The translations under genes were made by a program, and so were the position numbers. DNA of 64,000 bases from the human T2T-CHM13v2.0 reference genome, Homo sapiens, in the NCBI RefSeq assembly GCF_009914755.1, contig NC_060928.1, one strand, 5' to 3'. Of the stretch, positions 26,551 through 41,119 are shown piece by piece. Each line of letters opens with the position of its first letter. Position 1 is the first letter of the stretch. The notes beneath the pieces are model-generated. The model searched no databases. It saw only the letters and a program-made list of their open reading frames with translations, and was not told the DNA's origin.

Positions 26551-29500
26551 AAAAAATCGGTGGTGAAAAATTTTAATTCCACTTTTATCTACTCTTTTTG
26601 GGACATTTTCAAACTTAAGCTTGTCCTGCAGTATAACATAATATTCCTCTCTATTGCCAATCCCTTTTACACATTTTTATGTGTCTATGCAATGACAAAT
26701 ATGAACAATATATGAAGAATTCCTCAGCCATCTCGATGTTTCCAAATATACATATGTTTTAAATAAAATATGCAAAATATTTGGATAACTGACTGGATTT
26801 TTCATTTATATATTTGGATGTCTACATGGTATGACAATTGAGATGTTTATAAAGCAAAGTTATTGGAAGTAAATTTTGTTTATTACTATGTAATAGTCTA
26901 ATGTATAGTTTCTGCTGGAATGACATTCATGTGTTAATTTAAGAAAATCTTTGTATCTTCTTATATCTTTAAACCCTTATGTCTTCAAGTTTGTTAAAAA
27001 TACCATATAAAGCCCTGTAATATTCAGACTATTCTTTATGTTTAGGAAATTTAGACACACTTACTTAGCTTAACATTATAAATCAAGGTAATCTCACATT
27101 GAACAGAATCATCATTACTGCTGAGTTGTTTTACATATATGTTTTGCTTAGGTCATTCAACTATTAATATTTGTTAAAACAATAGATAAATAAAAGATGA
27201 ACTGTTTTAACATTCTGGGAAATTTCATCTTCTTTTACACTCATGTCCAGAGTACAATGCAGTGCAAAAACAACATTTGAAATTTGACAGCTAACTCTAT
27301 CACATCTTATAAATCCAAGCAAGTGGTTCTCAGGTCTTACTGTGCAGGCAGAATCACCAGGACGGCTTGTTAAAACACACAATCTTGGCCCCACAGCCAG
27401 ATATGGATTTGTTTGAAATTACTCCTGTATGTGTAAAAAGCAAGGAAAGATACTGAGTAGCACAGGGGTCGATGATGCTGATCAATCGCTGATATGCCCT
27501 CATTTCTGTATGTACCATTCCCATTCTGCTCTTTATCACAGGAAACCTCATCTTCCAGGCTAACTTACACTTAACTCTGGGCAATGAGGAGCCAGAGTGA
27601 GAGTCAAGGACAGGAGGAAGATAGAAGCCAGCCTGTTGCTTCCCCACCTTTCTGTTTCTTAAGGGCCCCTGGAAGTGGTTATATCTTTTCTATGGCTCCA
27701 GCTCCCACTGGGAAACTTTTCCATTCACGGTCCCAGGTTTTGCTAGACAGTCCTCAACAACACTCTAGATCCAGATATACAGCCCCAGCTTTTGGCCTCT
27801 GGTGACACTACCTTTGTCCTTTTAGCACCTGGGTTAGTAGCAACTCAGTATTGCTAAACTCTTGGTGACTTGACTTCAAAAAACCCTGCTTAATTTGTAA
27901 ATTCTTAGACTTCTTGATTTCCTGTCTGGGGCCTGATGAATACTGCCATTGAGAACTTGGCATTATTTTTTAATTTTACCTCAGTATAGCCTAGGCTAAT
28001 ATCCTAACTCAATTGTCCTTCTCTTCCTGATCTTGTTTGCAGGTTAACCCCTTCTTGCATAAGCTTGACCTCCTCCTCAAAGTTTACAGACAGTGAAAAT
28101 GATGCAGAGAGAAAAGAGATATTTGGAAGGGAGAGCATGATGATGAAGGGGCAAAGTTTAACAGTGCTTTTTGTCACTGTTGAAGCTTAGTTGAGAGAAA
28201 AAATGGCCACCTCTGAAGTCACTGTTCTGTAATGTGGAGAGGCTCTCTTAACATTCAGAAAGGATCTCTTTATATAAATGTGAACTGTTCAGAGGAAACC
28301 GAGTATTACCATGTAGAAAAATGATTAATAACTTAGAAATTACTGTAGAACCTAGGAAATAGTTAACTTGTGTCAGAAAGTCTCTGTGCTAATCAGAAGC
28401 AATCTGATTGTTTGAAGGCCTTTTGTGGGTGAAGTCTGGGAATCCAGGCTCAAGATAAGTGACAGTTTCTAAGGATATAGGGCTCTGAAAAGCAGAAATG
28501 AGAAATATCAACCATACCATGTTCTAAGAAAGTGAAAGCAGCACATTGAAATTTGTGGCAGCAATGAACCACATTGGGATGTTGTGAGTATCAACACACA
28601 TGGATTCCAATTTTAGGTAAATAAGCAGAAAGTGGATTGGTATTCAGATGTACCCTTTTTTGTTTATGGAGCATTGCCCATTTATGTGGCACACACAGCT
28701 GGTGCCATCAGTATTGATTCCACCAGTTATTTTTGGGTCTGTGACAGAGCTCATCAAATCACCACTATGAAGGAAATACTTAAGTAGCTTCAATTCTCAT
28801 CGTTAGATAAAATGTAGTGCAACTCTTCTCTCTGATATATGTACCAACTATATATCAATTTATACTCTGTTTCTCAGTGATATTATCCTTTTCTAGTACA
28901 AGGTATCTGTTAACATGTGATACTGATTGCTTTTCCAGTCTGTGGCTTTGGAACAGTATGGAGAGTCCAACAGTGCAGTTTGCTAAAGAAGTCTGCCAAA
29001 ACCTAGTGTTGATTTCTTCCAGAGCACAATCTGTGTTATAAATGTTGTAGCTAGTTTTCTGATTCTCAGCTTTACCCTCATGTGTATCAATTTGTAAGTT
29101 TATTATACATGGAATATGATTCTGTATATCTTAGTAGCCTTGTTCTTTTCTTTCATTTTGAAAACAAAATCTAATAATCTCATTCAGAAAAGCATTATCA
29201 CATACTTGTTCTGGAAAAATTATCTTGATGTACTAGAGAGTTCTCTCCTGTGTTGGAAAAATTTGGTACATATTCAATGGCTATTTGGACAGAGTATTCA
29301 ATATTAGGGGTGAGTTGCTCCATTATTTGACCTAATAAAATTCAATTTTAGATATTCCACATTGTACTTAGAGTAAAGCTCCTCCTTCTCACCTGCTTCT
29401 GTGAAATCCTCTCATGGGAAGGTTTACTTGTCCCAATGGAGTCCTTTTACTTTTTATAAATTTCATATTATTTTTAGTTTCTATAATTTTCTTTCTAATT

Positions 29501-32037
29501 GTGCCTTGACTTAAGCCATCTTTGCTCCATGACTCTATATTTCAAATAAGATTTAAGATAAATTGAAATACTAAAAATGGAAAATGCTAACTAAAAATAT
29601 AAGTTCAAAGGACACAGAAAACCTTAATATAAATAAATTGTGCCCTATTAACTAAATGTACTAAATGTTAGTTTACTTAAACTAAACCTAAGTCCTTGAC
29701 ATGCACTCACAGCTTTTACAAATTATATTTAAGGGTTATATGTTAATAATTATTCTAAAAGAATTTAAAAGGACATCAGAGAGAACCATGGTTGATCAGA
29801 TTTTTAGTTGGCAAGGTGGATGTGAACAAAGTCTTTTTTTTTTTTTTTTTTTTGAAGCTTTTCCTCTGAAGCAACCAAAGGAGCGTGAGAGACGTGAGAG
29901 AAAGTGTTGTATCAGCAGAGGTCTGAAGACCAACCCCAGACTATATTTAGGATTCTTTCAAAACCTTTGTATCAGTCTTCAAGAGTTTTCTGTGACCTTT
30001 TGCTGGAATTCTTTAGGTGTTAAAGGGCCTCAACCAGGTATGGCAGATATTTCTTTTTCCCTGGAAGCCAGAGGACTACATTTACAGTCTCTACATCATA
30101 TGAGAGGCCTAGTCCTCTTCTGTCTTACGACTTCTGGTTAGCTTTCTGGCTAGTCTCAGGGGGCCTCATCATTGTTACCTCCCTAGAACCTCTCAGCAGG
30201 ATCAAGTATAGATCCTTTGTCCATAACTTCCACCCTGAAATTTCCAACTGTCTTTAAACATGCATCAATTTACCACCTTGGAAAAATAAAGACTCAAGAA
30301 AAACTCTCTCACTTGATTCTATTGCGTTCAGCTTATGTTTTAATTTCTCTATTTGTATCCACTGTTAAGTTTCCTAAGGGAGTAGCTTTCACCACTCTGT
30401 TTCTCTGATTATACAACATGCATTCTCTCCTTAATTGCCTGTAATGTGATTTCAGTCCATGCTTTTTATTAAAGACTCCATTAAATGCCGTTAATGAGTC
30501 ACAATCATCAAATCCAATAGCTTCACTTTCATCCTCATTCTTCTTTCATCAACACATTAGATATTTTTGCTCATTTTCACGTGGATGGTACTCTTCTCAT
30601 TTAGCTTATTTGACTCAATCTCCAATAATTTCTACTTTTTATGGGATCCTTAGTCTTCCTTTCCTTACACTTATGAATGTTCTCATTTTATAATGTATGT
30701 TTTCTATGTGGACTACATAGAAAACTATTCAAATAATTCCCTTGAAATTAGTTATCTATAAAATATTGGGTTCTTATCCTATTTCCTTATTTTTGTAAAT
30801 ATAAGTGATGCAGATGATGTTTTATTTTTCCTGGCGCAAAAATAAAATCTGTGACAATGCATAACTATACAACGAGTGTCAGAAGTGATTGGTAGGAAGT
30901 AAAATTTTTTGAACAACAGCAACAACAAAACTAAATTATTCAGAAAAGGAATCAACACTCCAAAAGAGCAACTATTGTTTCAGAAAGAGGTTTAGCCTTA
31001 ATATAGATTATTCTTTGATTACCTTGAGTCATTAAATTGAAAGATACTACGGCATAGACCGTATCTTACTCATCTTTCATCATCCAAACTGAATAGAACA
31101 GACTTTTGCACATAATATTATCTCCACCAATATCTGCTAAATTTAATGTGAGGCTTACAGTAAAAATTGTTCATAAACACACACACACATACACACACAC
31201 AGACACACACACTACATTCTACATACCCTCATTACAGTACTAAATTTTTTTTTCTAAAAAGTATTTTGTATACAATCCTTATTGATGTAGTTGATGAAAC
31301 ACTATATATAAAACACTGGAATGTCAAATATTATATAAAAAGTATAGAACAGGTTAAAAAAAAGCCCTGTTTTTCTTTCTTAGCTCACAGTGCTAGTAAG
31401 CTCACTCTTATAGTGCTAGCATAGGAATCATTATGGTACAATTTCATTAGAGCCGTATGACAATATCCTTCTTCTTTGTTTCAGATAAAGCACAAAAGAT
31501 ATGGGCATTATTAGAGAAAGGACAGATAATTTAGCTGTAATACTTTGACAGTTGGTCCCTCCTCCCTTAAAGGGAAGAGGAAGACAGAAGGGGCTTTATC
31601 CACTTCCTTCAGAAGCCCTGAATCATGTATGAGACGCAGTGGTGACTTTAAACACGGAGCAGTTTGTGTTAGTGATTTACAGACGTACTATTTTATTTTA
31701 TTTCTAACACAAAATGTAAGTGTCTGAATGCTTTAGGTAGGCACAAAAGGGAATGTGAAGGATGTCTGAGATCATCAAGCCCAACAGGAAGATTAGAGTG
31801 ACAAAAAGGAGAAGCACTAATAACTGCCACACTGGAATTCCCAGGCTGATCAAAGGGGCCAGTGAATATCACAGGTAGGGCCTGAGGGGAAGTAACTTCT
31901 GAAGATTTCTTTTGCCTTACAGTCAGCAGAACAACTGTCTGAGAGCTGCATCACATACAAAGGAGATATGGTGGGAGAAACACACAATACATGTGCCCAG
32001 ATAGAGTAGTCATCAACAGCTTTGTCCATCAGATATA

Positions 32038-32362
32038 CAAGTTGTCCCTTGGTACCCAAGGAGGATTGGATCCAAGACCCCAGAAGATACCAAAATCACA
32101 GATGCTCAATTTTCTTATATAAAATGACACAGTGTTTATAAATAACCTAAGCACATCATCCCCTATACTTTAAATTACCTCTAGATTACTTATAATACTT
32201 CATGCAATATAAATTCTATGTAAATAGCTGTTATACTATATTTTAAACATTTTAATAATATTTTTGTCATTGCATATTTATTTTTATTTTTTTCAAATAT
32301 TTCTTATCTGGGGTTGATTGAATCTGCCAACACAGAACACACATATACTGAGGACCAACAAT
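32038..32362 (+). mobile_element. MER2 (TcMar-Tigger)
   Basis: ggattggatccaagaccc..gataccaaaatc..gatgctcaa..ttatataaaatg..ctctagattacttataata. Confidence 0.8.
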
Positions 32363-33647
32363 ATAGTACTTTCTGCAGATGAAGATTCAGCAAAGATTTA
32401 CAGGAAAGGAACTTTTGGGATTCCTATATGTGGCCTCTTTCTCTGTAACAGGCACATCCCAGTTCTAGATCCCATGAATTCCGCAAAAGAAAGACAGACA
32501 CAGAGGCCACCCTGCCCTACCAAGACTTCCACTAATGGTCTTTCTACAGTTGCAAGGAAGATGGGGGTGGAGGATAATAATATTTGAACTTGGCTGAATA
32601 TTTATTCCAAATGAAACTGAGATTTTAAATAGTCTAAAAGCACTAGACCATGCTAAACATATTGAAAGGGCATGTTGATTGGCAACTTTAATTATCCATT
32701 CCCCTATCCGCAATTACTAACTACTAAAGGTTGATGAGTGCTTCATAAAACTGGTAGTAGTTACTGAAATAAAACTATTCCATGTTTGTAGATTGCTGAA
32801 TTGTGACTATAAACTAAAATTGCTACAAATATAACAGAATTAGAAGACATTTTGGGAAGAATATTTAGTCCACAAATGCTTCTATATGAGAAGAGTAAAA
32901 AGATGAGAGCCACTTGACTGGGAGTGAATATATAAGCTAAAATTAATTTATCATTAAGTCCTGATATCACAAAAGTCAGGGATATCCCTTAAAGTTAAGA
33001 AAATCTTTGGAGAAGAAACACTTTTTTACTTCAAAAATAGAATTCACCTACTTACTTCATAAATCATTTAAAAAGAGAATCAGTAAATTAATAGTCAGCA
33101 CATCCATAATGAATTAAAAAGTGACAGCAATATGTTTAAGAAATTAACCTATCCTTTAACATTGACACAAATTATCCCTTGATTTCACTATGAAAGAAGG
33201 AAAATAATAGATTATATGGATTATGGATATGACCCAGCATGATAGTTCTTTCCTTCTTAGCAAATGGCCTAACCTCTACTCATACTCTTATAAAAGCTTT
33301 ATGTTTTTTCCTTAAATAGAGCAGAACTCAAATCATTCTTTGGCTTGCAATATGTCTACAGGAGGAATAAACCCATATGTCATCATAATTGTATAGATTG
33401 GAGTTGTACTTTTGTTATGGAGCACAACCACAGCCATACTACAACTCCATTCTGTGTCAAATAGAATTGTCTCAAAAATACAGGAAACAAAATATCAGAA
33501 AACAATCCAGTATGTTCAGACAACTGTGTAAGCAATGAAATGCAATTGGTTTTATACAAAATTCCGTCTTGTTTGCAAGGAGAGAAATATATTTACATGT
33601 TTTGAAAAACACTTGTTTATATTTAATTGGCAATATATAGAATCACA

Positions 33648-33866
33648 TGTTGTTGTTGTTGTTATTTTGAGACAGAGTCTCACTATGTCACCCAGGCTGG
33701 AGTGCAGTGGCACAATCTTGGCTCACTGCAACTTCTGTCTCCCGGGCTCAAGCCATACTCCCACCCCTCAGCGTCCTGAGTAGCTGGGATCACAGACACA
33801 TACCACCATGCCCGGCTAATTTTTGTATTTTCTGTAGAGATGGGGTTTCACCATGTTGCCCGGGCT
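33648..33866 (-). mobile_element. Truncated Alu (AluJ-like) with (GTT)n tail
   Basis: Right monomer, linker and part of the left monomer; stops at ccatgttgcccgggct. Confidence 0.88.
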
Positions 33867-34056
33867 AAAATTTTTTAAACTTATATTCCTATGAAGAGTT
33901 TAAGTTACTTGAATATAGAATTATTTTGTATTTCAACAGTACCTATACATATTTCTTTAGCAATATGATTGTTTTAAGTATAGCACTGAAAGTCCTCACA
34001 GACTTTGCCAACAATCTACTTTGTAATATATATTTTGAGTAAGGATGGCATATTAT

Positions 34057-34211
34057 TAGTTCTCAAACATTAGCATGAATCAGAAGCCACCTCAAAGGCC
34101 TATTAAAACACAGACTCGGGGAGAGTTTAGTAGATTCACAGTGTGGCCTGCGAATTTGCATTGCTGACAAGTTTCCTGGTGATGCTGATGCCGCTGGCCT
34201 GGGGACCACAT
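34057..34211. mobile_element. MER5A relic
   Basis: gttctcaaa..cagaa..ttaaaacacaga..aatttgcatt..acaagttt..ggtgatgctgatgc. Similar fragments at ~27320-27401, ~5250-5372 and ~6350-6743. Confidence 0.7.
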
Positions 34212-35464
34212 ATACTTTTCAAGAATTAATATAAGAAATATAATTTTTATCAAGCTACTGACAAAAATTCTGAGACTTTTTTTCCAAATTGTAAGTAATT
34301 TGTTAAAAAATAATTAACATTCAAGTTATAATAAACTCTTTTTTTTCATTAATTGCTAAAGAAAAATAGTTTTACTTACATTATTAACTTTTCAGGTAAT
34401 TAACAAATTTAATACTTAAAGTATGCTTGCTACCAAAGAATCTCCATGTACTTAAATTCATTTTGGCAAAAAATAATATTTGATTTGACATAAAATAATA
34501 TAAATCATAATATAAAATCTGCAAGTGACATTTTTAACTATCCACACATGGGCACGCATATGCCACTGCAATATTTGGATACCACATTCATTAGGTTATG
34601 AAGACATAAACACTCTGCCACCTGAGCTATTTCACACTAAATAACAGAATATAAATCAGTGAGCAAATTGTTCATGATTACAGAACAAATAGTAACGAGT
34701 AGACTTTGATTACAGTTTTTGGTTAAAATATTATAATTTTCCTACTTTATTAAAACTTAGCTTCTTATCATTGTGAATATCTCAACATATTTATACTATT
34801 TATAGATGAATACCAAATACATTCCCAGCTCTCTGATTTTGGACTGCTCAAATGTTATGTGCTTAATACGATGGGGAAAAGAAATGTAGAATTGGACAAT
34901 GGCCCCCTCCAAAACAAATTCCAAATGTGTAAAACACATTTTTAAAGGCTTGGGTGCCTTAACTTTTTTTGCATAAAATATTGCAATACATATATTTAAT
35001 AAGTTAGTTCCCTCATTCACATTGACTTAATATTATTTTGTTCAACTGGTATTATATCTGATGTTCTCCTGCATGTGTGTCCTATGTCTGATGTTGCTTA
35101 TAAATGGAGACTTAAATCTTTAGTAAAGTCTTTTATATGGTTAAGAATTATACAAAATTTTTATCAGACTAATTAAAATGTCTAATTATAAGGTCCATAT
35201 TTTTATTATTTGGCATTTTCCAGTGGCAATGAAATTAATGTCTCAGAATGAACAGCAGGACACATTCAAGAAGGCAATCAAGAGAATGATGCAGGTGTTG
35301 GCCATGCTACCTTGGCAATCAGTCTTTTTGGATCAGATAATTTCAAAATCACTCTCACATCCCTACCCCTGCTTCTGTAGTCCACTGACCTCTATGTCTG
35401 ACCTCTTCTAAAGATTTATAATCAAGAAGCTATTATTGCTGTCTTCTCTAACTCACATACTTAC

Positions 35465-35562
35465 AATCAGGAGGCATCTTTTCCATAAATATCTTGTAAT
35501 ATTCTTGTAGAAGTTCGAAGTTTTCCTGATTAATACTTTCTTGCAAAGAGACATCTCCAAAC
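35465..35562 (-). CDS. INPP4B: INPP4B internal coding exon (98 nt): [32 protein letters not shown](Y)
   Basis: Acceptor ttttttctgtttgtag|G, donor ATT|gtaagt; 1+32x3+1 nt. Confidence 0.96.
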
Positions 35563-36199
35563 CTACAAACAGAAAAAAGAAAACAGCTGTGGGTTATAAA
35601 ACGGTACCAAAAAGTAACACATTTTACCTTTCCTTTTTAAATAGATTAGAAAATAATTTCCTAAGGAAAGAGTCTGTCTCATTTTTCAAGCTACAATTCA
35701 CAATGGTGATTTCAAACATATTCCAATCTCCACTGGCCCTGATTTCACTAATCGCTTCTAACACAACAGTCTCTGTGCATGGACATAATTGATATTAGCT
35801 TCCCTATCCTACTCCACACCTCTGTGGCAGGGCTACATCCCTGTATGTGTTTTAAAAAACTTTTCTTACTATCTATCCAACCATCCATTTCACTCGTGGC
35901 AGCTGAGGGAGGGGACCAGAAGACCAGCACTGGACACTGGGCTGCACGCAGTCTTGCCCACACTATCAACTGCTGTAGGCACATGTAGAGCCAGATTTCC
36001 CAGACAGTAGATCATTTCTGCCGACATTTTTTTCGTTCATACCATGAAGTCAAATGGTTCTGTACACGTAGTCTTCCACCAAGAGGTGTCAAGACAAACC
36101 TGTCTACCAGTGTGTCACTAACCTTGTGTTATCTTTGAGAATTTCCCAAGTTCAAAGGTAAAACCCACTTGTCTCCCTATAAAAGGATGCTATGTAAAT

Positions 36200-37250
36200 G
36201 GCTTCCAATATGTATCTTCATCAAAATCTCTATTTCTAGGTGTGAATAGAAAATTTCAGTGTGCATTTTCCAACTCCACTTCAAATATAACATAACCCAA
36301 AACTAAAACTGCTTCCTCCTTTGAACCATTGCTAAGCATGTCCCCAATATTTTGGCATTAATTCAGGTTCAAAATCTAGGCATCATTTTGGATTTCCTCT
36401 TTTCCTCACCTTACCCACTATTCCTCAGTCTTTTCCTATCTCTGGTAACCCTTCCTTTTTTTTTTTCTCAACCACTGTCATTATATATTAAGATATTTAA
36501 TCATATCCAGTTTAGACTCTCCTAAAGCTTCCCAAATACCACAGAACTATGCCCCTAGTCTCTTTCACTTCCAGTTTACTTTCTGGACCCTTGTCAGATC
36601 ATTCAGTCTCAATGAAAAATGAATTCATCTATACAAAAAATATTTAACATCAACTACATACCATACATTGCACCATGCAATAAATGAAATGTTGGAAAAA
36701 TTAATCTAACCTATATTTCATCATATCAACTCACTGAACTTCAATGCTTCTCTCCTCCCTGAAAGGACGATGTCTTATAGTCTCCCTAGTTTAGCATCTA
36801 AGTTTCCACAAAGGCTTCCAAAACCTCTTGTGGGAATGTAGTTACACTCTCCTCCCTTAGCAGCAGTATTTCAATGCCTTTGGGACTTTTAACATTCTAT
36901 CCACTCTTGACTTGAATGTCTTACTTTCCTTGATAGCTTGATTAATTCTGATTCATCTTTAAAGCCTGGCTCATCTCCTCTATGATACTTCCCCCACGGA
37001 TTCATCTCCCTTCTGTGAATTGCTTTGTTTTATGCACTATTCCTGTTCCTTCCACACCTTTAATTATTGCATGAGCCAAACTGTAATGTAATGTTTGTTG
37101 ACTTGTCTTCCTCACTGGATTACACCTTCTTTCAGGATAGGAAGCCGATTCCACGCTTCTTGTTACCCTGTATTCCTCTTATGTCCCATAGCTTGGCAGA
37201 GCAGTGCTTGGTATAAACTCAGTGTTCAGTATCTATACTGAGTTGAACTT
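36200..37250 (+). mobile_element. Degraded L2 fragment(s)
   Basis: Pyrimidine-rich L2-like motifs ending gcagtgcttggtata..ctcagta. Confidence 0.5.
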
Positions 37251-37381
37251 GGAGAACAGGGATACAGACCCCAAAAATCTAGAGGAGTTTCCATAGAATC
37301 TGAAATATATTCTTCTAATGTTTTCAGACACTGTAATCAACTGGTATTTAAAAAATACCATCCTTGCTGGAGTAACATTAG

Positions 37382-37732
37382 TGTTATGGAATAAATGTTT
37401 GTGTTGTCCTAAAATTCATATGTGGAAGCCCTAAGCCCGAAATGGCAATGGCAGTATTTTGAGACAGTGCCTCTAAGGGGTAATTAAAGTTAAATGAGAT
37501 TATGAGAGTGGGCTCTTTCTTTCCACAGGCACAAAGAAGAGGTTATGTGAGCATATAGGGAGAATGTGGTCAGTTGTCTGACAGCCAGAAAAAGAGCCCT
37601 CACTGGAAACCAAATTGGCTGAAACCTTGACCTTGGACTTCCCAGCTTCCTGAACTATGAGAAACAAATTTCTGTTGTTTAAGCCACCCAGTCTACAGTA
37701 TTTTGTTACAGCAGCCCAAGCAGACTAATAGT
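37382..37732 (+). mobile_element. MLT1A-type MaLR solo LTR
   Basis: tgttatgga..aaaattcatatgt..; ccttggacttcccagc..tgagaaacaaatttctgttgtttaagccacccagtct..gcagccc..gactaat. Confidence 0.82.
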
Positions 37733-38659
37733 ATTTATTTATCTAAGAATGGTCATATACAACATCTACATTTTGAATTTGAGTAAACAGTAGTGAAATA
37801 CTACTTCTAGATTACATAGCATATCTAACATGTAGATGTTGCTGGTAAAGCTCAAAATTCAGAATCAGAAAAAGGAGGTTCAGAGAACAGAGAGTAAGCA
37901 ATATGCTCAAATTAACGGTTGATGTCAGAGTGCTATTCAAATTCAGGCCTCCTGCTTCTCTCAGGGTTTCCCTACTTTGCCATTTTGCTCCTTTTCCAGT
38001 CTTGTGTGTCTTGTACAGCTTCCATGTGTGAAAAAAGTGCATTCTTAGTATGCAAGAGAGATGAGAAGGAAGGAAAGGACACTTCTTAAATAAAATGACT
38101 GACAACTAAAACAATCACAATAACATGAATGATGCAAATTAGTCCATCTTAGAAGCCTTGAAAATATAATGCTGACTAGTCTTTGAAAAGTCTGTAAATG
38201 GAAGAGTCTCATATCTCTCTCAAGATCACAATCACAGACCTTATTAATTCCAACTCAAAACACTCTACTGTAGTGTACCGAAGAAGAGGCAATTTGGAAT
38301 GCTGTTCCCCTGCTCCAAGTTGTATAGTTCATGCTCAGGAATATCATTCATCTCAAACATTGAATTTGCTGAGACAAATATATATATAGATAAATAGAAT
38401 ATAATCTAATCCTAGAAACTAGCTTTCAAAAGTACTTAATTATCAAGGCAAGGAATATGCTAGGTACTTTTAAACTTACCTGTGGGGCAGGGGTCACTTG
38501 GAGAGTGAATTATAGATAAGAAAGCATGTTAAATATTATAATACCAAAGACTATCAAACTCCCAAAATTGTTGCCTGTGAAGGAACTTCTCCAGTCAGCC
38601 CCTACAGCCAAGATGCTAACTTCTTTCTCTAAAATATTTCAAAAGTATGTTCTATGATC

Positions 38660-38997
<338 letters not shown>

Positions 38998-39054
38998 TAA
39001 TCTCTATATGTGAGCCATGTAAGATGTAAAAATAAGTCTTTCAAAAAAAAGAGA

Positions 39055-39356
39055 TTTTTTTTTATTTCTTTTTTTGAGATGGAGTCTCGCTCTGCCGCCC
39101 AGGCTAGAGTACAGTGGCGTGATCTCAGCTCAACACAACCTCCATCTCCCGAGTTCAAAAAATTCTCCTGCCTTAGCCTCCTGAGTAGCTGGGATTACAG
39201 GTGATCACCACCACGCCTGGCTAATTTTTGTATTTTTAGTAGAGACGAGGTTTCACCATCTTGGCCAGGCTGATCTTGAACTCCTGACCTCAGGTGATCC
39301 ACCCTCCTCTGCCTCCCAAAGTGCTGGGATTACAGGCGTAAGCCACCACGACCAGC
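39055..39356 (-). mobile_element. AluSx-type, tandem with the previous Alu
   Basis: Full reverse dimer ending agccaccacgaccagc. Confidence 0.93.
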
Positions 39357-39855
39357 AAAAAAAAAGTGTTTTTTAACTGACTTATGGGATCACAGTACAA
39401 TCATTTGCTGACTGAGCAAGTCATTATTAAAAAAGCTAACATTACCAAATAATAACCATTAAAATAAACACAAAAAAGAGAAAAACTCTGTTTTAGATTT
39501 AAAAACTTGATGCTATTATCTGTTTACAATATTGAGATATGTATAAACATGAATTCTAAAATTTAATATACACATAGGTATTTGGAAACAAAGAAGGTTA
39601 ATCCATGCAAATGCTTTATTTAGTATTGGCATCAAGATTTTCCTCAATATTTTTGCCACATTTAAATTTGGCTTGGGCCAGGATTCCTTAAATATGAAAA
39701 TTTACCTTCTATCTCAAATAATTTGATACTGATAAAAAGAAAAATGTTACTCATAAATTGATGTTAGTTCTACATGCAGATACATGGGACTTCTCATCAT
39801 ATGCTTAAAAGGAACAAAGAAAAATCTCAAGTGCGACTCTTACACCAAAGCTTAC

Positions 39856-39996
39856 CTTTCAGCCAGAGTTTGCTGTTCATTGATTCCAACATTAAAAAGT
39901 ACTGGATACACATGAAGCAACTGTCCTTCTTTAATCTGTAGAGGTAGTGACTCAAACATTCTGGCTGGAAGCTTGACCTCTACCACGTAATGTTCT
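39856..39996 (-). CDS. INPP4B: INPP4B internal coding exon (141 nt): [46 protein letters not shown](R)
   Basis: Acceptor ccttctttag|A, donor AAG|gtaagc; contains the [13 protein letters not shown] segment typical of INPP4 phosphatases; symmetric phase 2-2. Confidence 0.97.
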
Positions 39997-41119
39997 CTAA
40001 AGAAGGCAGAGGACAAAGGGAAGAAACATTACTTATTTGTTTTGTGTTATTTTAGATTTATTGGAAGAAAACATTAAAAGGGTTGGAATATAGCACTGAT
40101 TTAGGTTTCTGTTGCTATATGCTTATATTCCTCATTCATTCATCTCCTTATTAAATTACTTGACATAAAAATTGTAAGAATTCATTTACGTGTGTGATTT
40201 CTCTACCTCACTCTGAATTCCTTCAGGAAAAAAATGTTCGGTTCATTTTTGTACACCCAGGGTCATGTGCATTGATAGCCTCAATTTTTTTTCTTTATTT
40301 AATTATTTTTAAAACTCAATCAGTCCTAAGAATAAGAGCAATAATTTAATGACTGCTGTTTCAATACAGTGAAGCTAAATAAACCAAATAATTTATATGA
40401 TTTTTTGGTATGGCTTGTTTGTTATCACTATTGATGAGTGTTTCTGTTTATGATGCGCTGATGGAAAGGTAATGGTTTTATTGCTTAGAGTGAAACTTTC
40501 AGGAATTCTGGTCATTTTGAAACATTAACATATCACAGGAGCATTTTTCACTGGAAATGTCCATTAAAAACTACCCCTATTTTTTAATGTTGAAAATTTA
40601 AGTTAGGATTAGTACAATATGATTAATAAGAGTAGCTACTTACATATTTTAAAAACTGTCATCTTCTGATACAGTGTGAATTGAATATAGAAATTTAGAA
40701 AGCTTTGCCCAGAGGTTGGGAAAATCCATGTGTTTCAAGAACTATATAGAGTGGTGGCATTGTAAGATATGCACTGGGGAAATAAGCATAGGGCAAATAG
40801 TGAGCCTCTTTGTGAAAATCTTTTTAATTTCTCCTAGTATAACATTATTGATAAACAGTGTGGACCACTGACTCTGAGACTTGTTTCTTTCTACCTATGA
40901 AATAGAGACCTGGTAAATATCATGAATTTAGCAAGCAGGGATGTTAGCATTACCTTCAGATGAGTGAGCGCATTATTTTTCTTTGTTTAATTGCTCTCAA
41001 TGCCATTTACAATAGCCTGGCTAACAGTTTTTCAGGAATATGAGAAGCATCAATGAGTCAGTTCATGCTTTAAACTTGTTCTGAAGGTGAAACATATAAT
41101 TTCTTTGTGATAATTTTAC

